NCBI GenBank assembly: GCA_040954595.2
Contig: CM082588.2
Coordinates: 2,936,513-3,000,512, forward strand
Length of the DNA stretch: 64,000 bases
Origin: Balanoglossus misakiensis
Lineage: Eukaryota; Animalia; Hemichordata
Direction of reading: 5' to 3'
Shown: one piece after another, positions 61,201 through 64,000 of the stretch
Layout: every line of letters starts with the position of its first letter
Numbering within the stretch: position 1 is the first letter of the stretch
Translations under genes and position numbers: made by a program
Notes under the pieces: model-generated
The model's input: the letters and a program-made list of their open reading frames with translations, nothing else
Database searches by the model: none
Told to the model about the DNA's origin: nothing

Positions 61201-64000
61201 CACGACACAAAGCTACTCCAGCTGAGGATGCAGACATCACTGACTTGCAAAAATAGCGTTACTGAGTCTCAAATTTGTGTTGATGCTACACTATGTTAAA
61301 GACATGATAATGAAATGTGGTGAATGGGTGTTGATGCATTACACGACTCTGAAACCTGATTAAAAACACACCATGTTAAGACACACTGATGAAAACACAC
61401 CAGAAGTTAAAATGAACCGTTAAATTACAATATAGACTTTCATAATTACTTCATTATGACTATGTACTTCTATACTTATAAGGTATATTTATGATACTAC
61501 ATAGGAAACCCAGAAGATACAATACCCAAATGAAAAGAAGTTACAAGTATCATTTGCAACAGTTACACAGATGTTGCTGTATTGAGAGTGGATGTACATG
61601 TAATAACATGAGATTTGAGGAGTGTCTACTTTCTGAATGGGTTTGAGCACATGTTGGATTAGTGATTAACTTGCTAATATTCACATTAATTCTTATCTTC
61701 ACAATCTTTGTCACTGGTCCGATTGTAAAAGATGATATTAAACATTACAGCAATAAAACACCCAAGCACAAGCTGCTGCAACACATACACATAGATTATT
61801 GCGTCATGGATTGTATTAGTGAAATGTAGCATGTTGCTTACTTTGGCCAGCTCTCCATCCCTTTGTGGGTGACCTGGAAGCCCCTGAGCCAGTGGACTGT
61901 CTGCCTGATATAAGCGAAGCATCCTCATTGGGCAGCTTAGCGTCGCTGCCGAGTTTGTCCAGACTCTGCACAGGTTTCTGCTTGCCGATCAATGTGAGGA
62001 CCATCTCCATCACTTGGAGGACGATCAGCGGCGGGTTCTGGAAGGAGCGAAGTCTCTCGATGCATGCTCTGTCCACTTTGCTCTTCCAGTGGATTACCTG
62101 CCAAAAAATGAAAATTATTGAAATATTGCAGGCATACAAATATCTTACATGTTCTAAGACAGACTGTGAACTTGAACTGTAGTCCTCCTCCCCCCCCCCC
62201 CCCATTACATCACTATGGTTCCACTAATTTATTTTCAATGGTGAAGACAGGCCTATGTACATGAAATAGGGGTGAACAGGTTAAAAAAATTAGGATACGG
62301 TAGAACTTCCGTCATACCTGATCTCTAGATTGTTGAAGACTAGCCCTGCAGTCATCCACTTTCTTCTTGGCGATGATCAACTCCTCTTCTATCTTCACCT
62401 GTCGACTCTTCAGATTTGCCTCTCTCAGAAGTTCAAATTGTTTGTCGTACTCATCTTCTTCTTCTGTTGGAACCAGATTAAATTTATGTCAATAGGTTTA
62501 GATATATTTCTGATATCGTTATAGTAGGTATGGCAATGGTCAAAACTGAACACCGAGGGAGATGAATAAAAATGTCTCAAGGGTTGCCGAGGTCTTTATC
62601 ATAGGAAGGCTTTATATGGTGTCCTGGCTGATGTGGGCTGGAAAAAAGTATTCTGAGCAGAAACATTTCCACTATGAAGACAGGATTCATTTCAGAAGTG
62701 TTCACTTTAGATAGGTTTCAGTTTAGGTAGATTTGACTGCATAACAACCCAAAAAAATCAGTGGCATACCATTGACCAGAAGTTCATCTTCTTCCTCCTC
62801 TTCACTGTCAATCTCATTCATCTGTAGAAACGCACTCAGACTTCCAGAAGACACACCAAACTGCGCCTTCACCTTCTCCAAGATGGTCGCCTTGGCCGTC
62901 AGGGCCTTCAGCAGATCTGCCGTCTTCTGCGTGGCCTGCTCGTACATGGACTGCAGTTTCTTGATCTCCTGGTGTTTGCTCTTGGCATCCTGCCTGGTCT
63001 TGGAGAGGCAGTTGAGGGCCTTCTTCAGTTTGGCGATCTCGGCCGAGTTCTCCCGGTTCTTGGTGTTGAAGATGTAGCGGAAGCAGTCCATGAAACGACG
63101 GAACGTGCGTGGCCCGACGAAGACATCGTTTCTGCCCGGAGTGCCTACGCTCTGGTGTCTCTGCTGCAGAGGGAACAAGTGAATAGATTGTTTGTTGGGC
63201 TATTTAGTGTTGTTACAGTAACGACTTGCTGTTCTAAAGCTTAGAAATCATATACAAAAGTGAAAAATTTAATTTACAAAAATATCAATTCTGAAATCAC
63301 TTTTCTTTCATAAAAATATAAATTCTGAAATCAGTTTTCTTTAATCAAAGTATCAATTTTGAAATCAGTTTTCTCACCACGATATGTTCATTCATGATCG
63401 TCTTGGTGTACGGCAGGTTAGGCACGTCAGTCACTTGGACTTTGAGGAGTTCCTTCTTGCCGACAATCTTGACAGTTGTGATGGGAATTGTTTCGTCAGT
63501 GCTGCCTGTCCACGGAATCTGTTTGCAGTCTTGTAGAATGAAACCGTGGATGTCTGAAATACATGACACCATGTTGTCCCTTGGGGAAGAAAAAATGGAA
63601 AAAAGTTTTAGGATTTCTGGGTACATCTATGGGTAAACAGCCATGATGTGTTTTGTGCAGTTTCCTAAAATGTGAGTGTATTCATGTTCAACTACCCACA
63701 TCATGTGTTCATGCAAATTTCAAAGGTCGATATTTCTTATTAAACTCACCTGACATCATCTCCACATTCCTTTCCCAAATGATGTTTATACACATAGTAT
63801 TGTGCTTCACTGTACAGGGCCTGCTTTGACCAATCACACATCCAGTCCATTTGCATACCAGTCAATAACCCTGGATATTGACTGCAAAAAAAAGGGGGGG
63901 GCATCAATACAATCGATAAGGAGATTTGCAGTTTGAGTGATAAGCAACGCTTCCACATTATAAATCAGGGAAGAATGATAAAATTAGTTTCCATACCTAG
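43247..64000 (-). CDS. Divergent dynein heavy chain (axonemal/DNHD1-like), 3' part: end of AAA4, stalk with MTBD, AAA5, AAA6, C-terminal domain; the 5' part lies beyond the window
   Basis: About 25 minus-strand exons with dynein motifs in the expected order: QYPGLLTGMQMDWMCDWSKQAL (63750-63880), FVGPRTFRRFMDCF (63100), ERLRSFQNPPLIVLQVMEMVL (62000), LISNCIVAAAFLTYCAP (56200), WNLLCDPTSRVQDWL (55660), LETCLSEGQHLLV (55350), QRLLVTRAFRQDRL (52330), GTWVLMQNGH...DPNFRVWI (51650), IRYILTEIIYGSYITDEFD (47500), FWLGAFFYPKAIL (43990), YACPVY...RWALRG-stop (43247-43574). Confidence 0.93.
49018..49102. mobile_element. 85-bp piggyBac-like MITE in a dynein intron
   Basis: TTAA|CCCTTTCACC ... GGTGAAAGGG|TTAA: perfect 10-bp terminal inverted repeats with CCC/GGG ends and a TTAA target-site duplication (49014-49017, 49103-49106). 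Confidence 0.8.
50646..51169. mobile_element. About 525-bp non-autonomous DNA transposon with TTAA target-site duplication (Kolobok-like MITE) in a dynein intron
   Basis: Imperfect terminal inverted repeats of about 60 bp (GGACAAAGTCTCTCTC...TTTTCCCATTAATTATGTTTGAT and ATCAAACATAATAAATGGGAAAA...GAGAGAGACTTTGTCC), TTAA at 50642-50645 and 51170-51173, and three internal TCAAAATGGCCGCC repeats. Confidence 0.82.
62207..62284. mobile_element. Degenerate inverted copy of the 49018-49102 MITE family
   Basis: CATCACTATGGTT...TTTTCAATGGT...GGGGTGAACAGGTTAA aligns by eye with the reverse complement of 49014-49106; the left end is replaced by a poly-C run. Confidence 0.5.
63278..63374. repeat. Minisatellite, three copies of about 33 bp, next to a dynein splice donor
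   Basis: Three imperfect copies of AAAATATCAATTCTGAAATCASTTTTCT. Confidence 0.85.

Noticed and set aside
43247-64000. Assigning a specific dynein symbol (DNAHx or DNHD1)
   Set aside because: The sequence is too divergent and partial to assign orthology without a phylogeny.

Overview
Intron-rich animal genomic DNA; the gene families and repeats suggest an invertebrate deuterostome such as a hemichordate or echinoderm (inference). Plus strand: a class A GPCR with a single coding exon (5012-6604), a minimal signal peptide-FN3-TM protein (10754-11260), three tandem adhesion GPCR genes (15524-22840, 24812-31462, 33507-39932) and a tRNA-Glu(CTC). Minus strand: the 3' part of a very divergent dynein heavy chain (43247 to beyond 64000). 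The main result is the adhesion GPCR cluster. All three genes share a miniature LRR cap, a GAIN/GPS domain and an ADGRG-like 7TM. They differ in the exon modules placed between phase-1 introns: Ly6/three-finger + HRM, EPN-type C-type lectin + HRM, or non-EPN lectin + Thr-rich stalk. The dynein has large insertions in its stalk and microtubule-binding domain and four candidate frame-preserving microexons. TTAA-targeting MITEs, a Penelope-like relic and microsatellites are also present. Exon coordinates were read by eye and may be off by a few bases; no database search was run.
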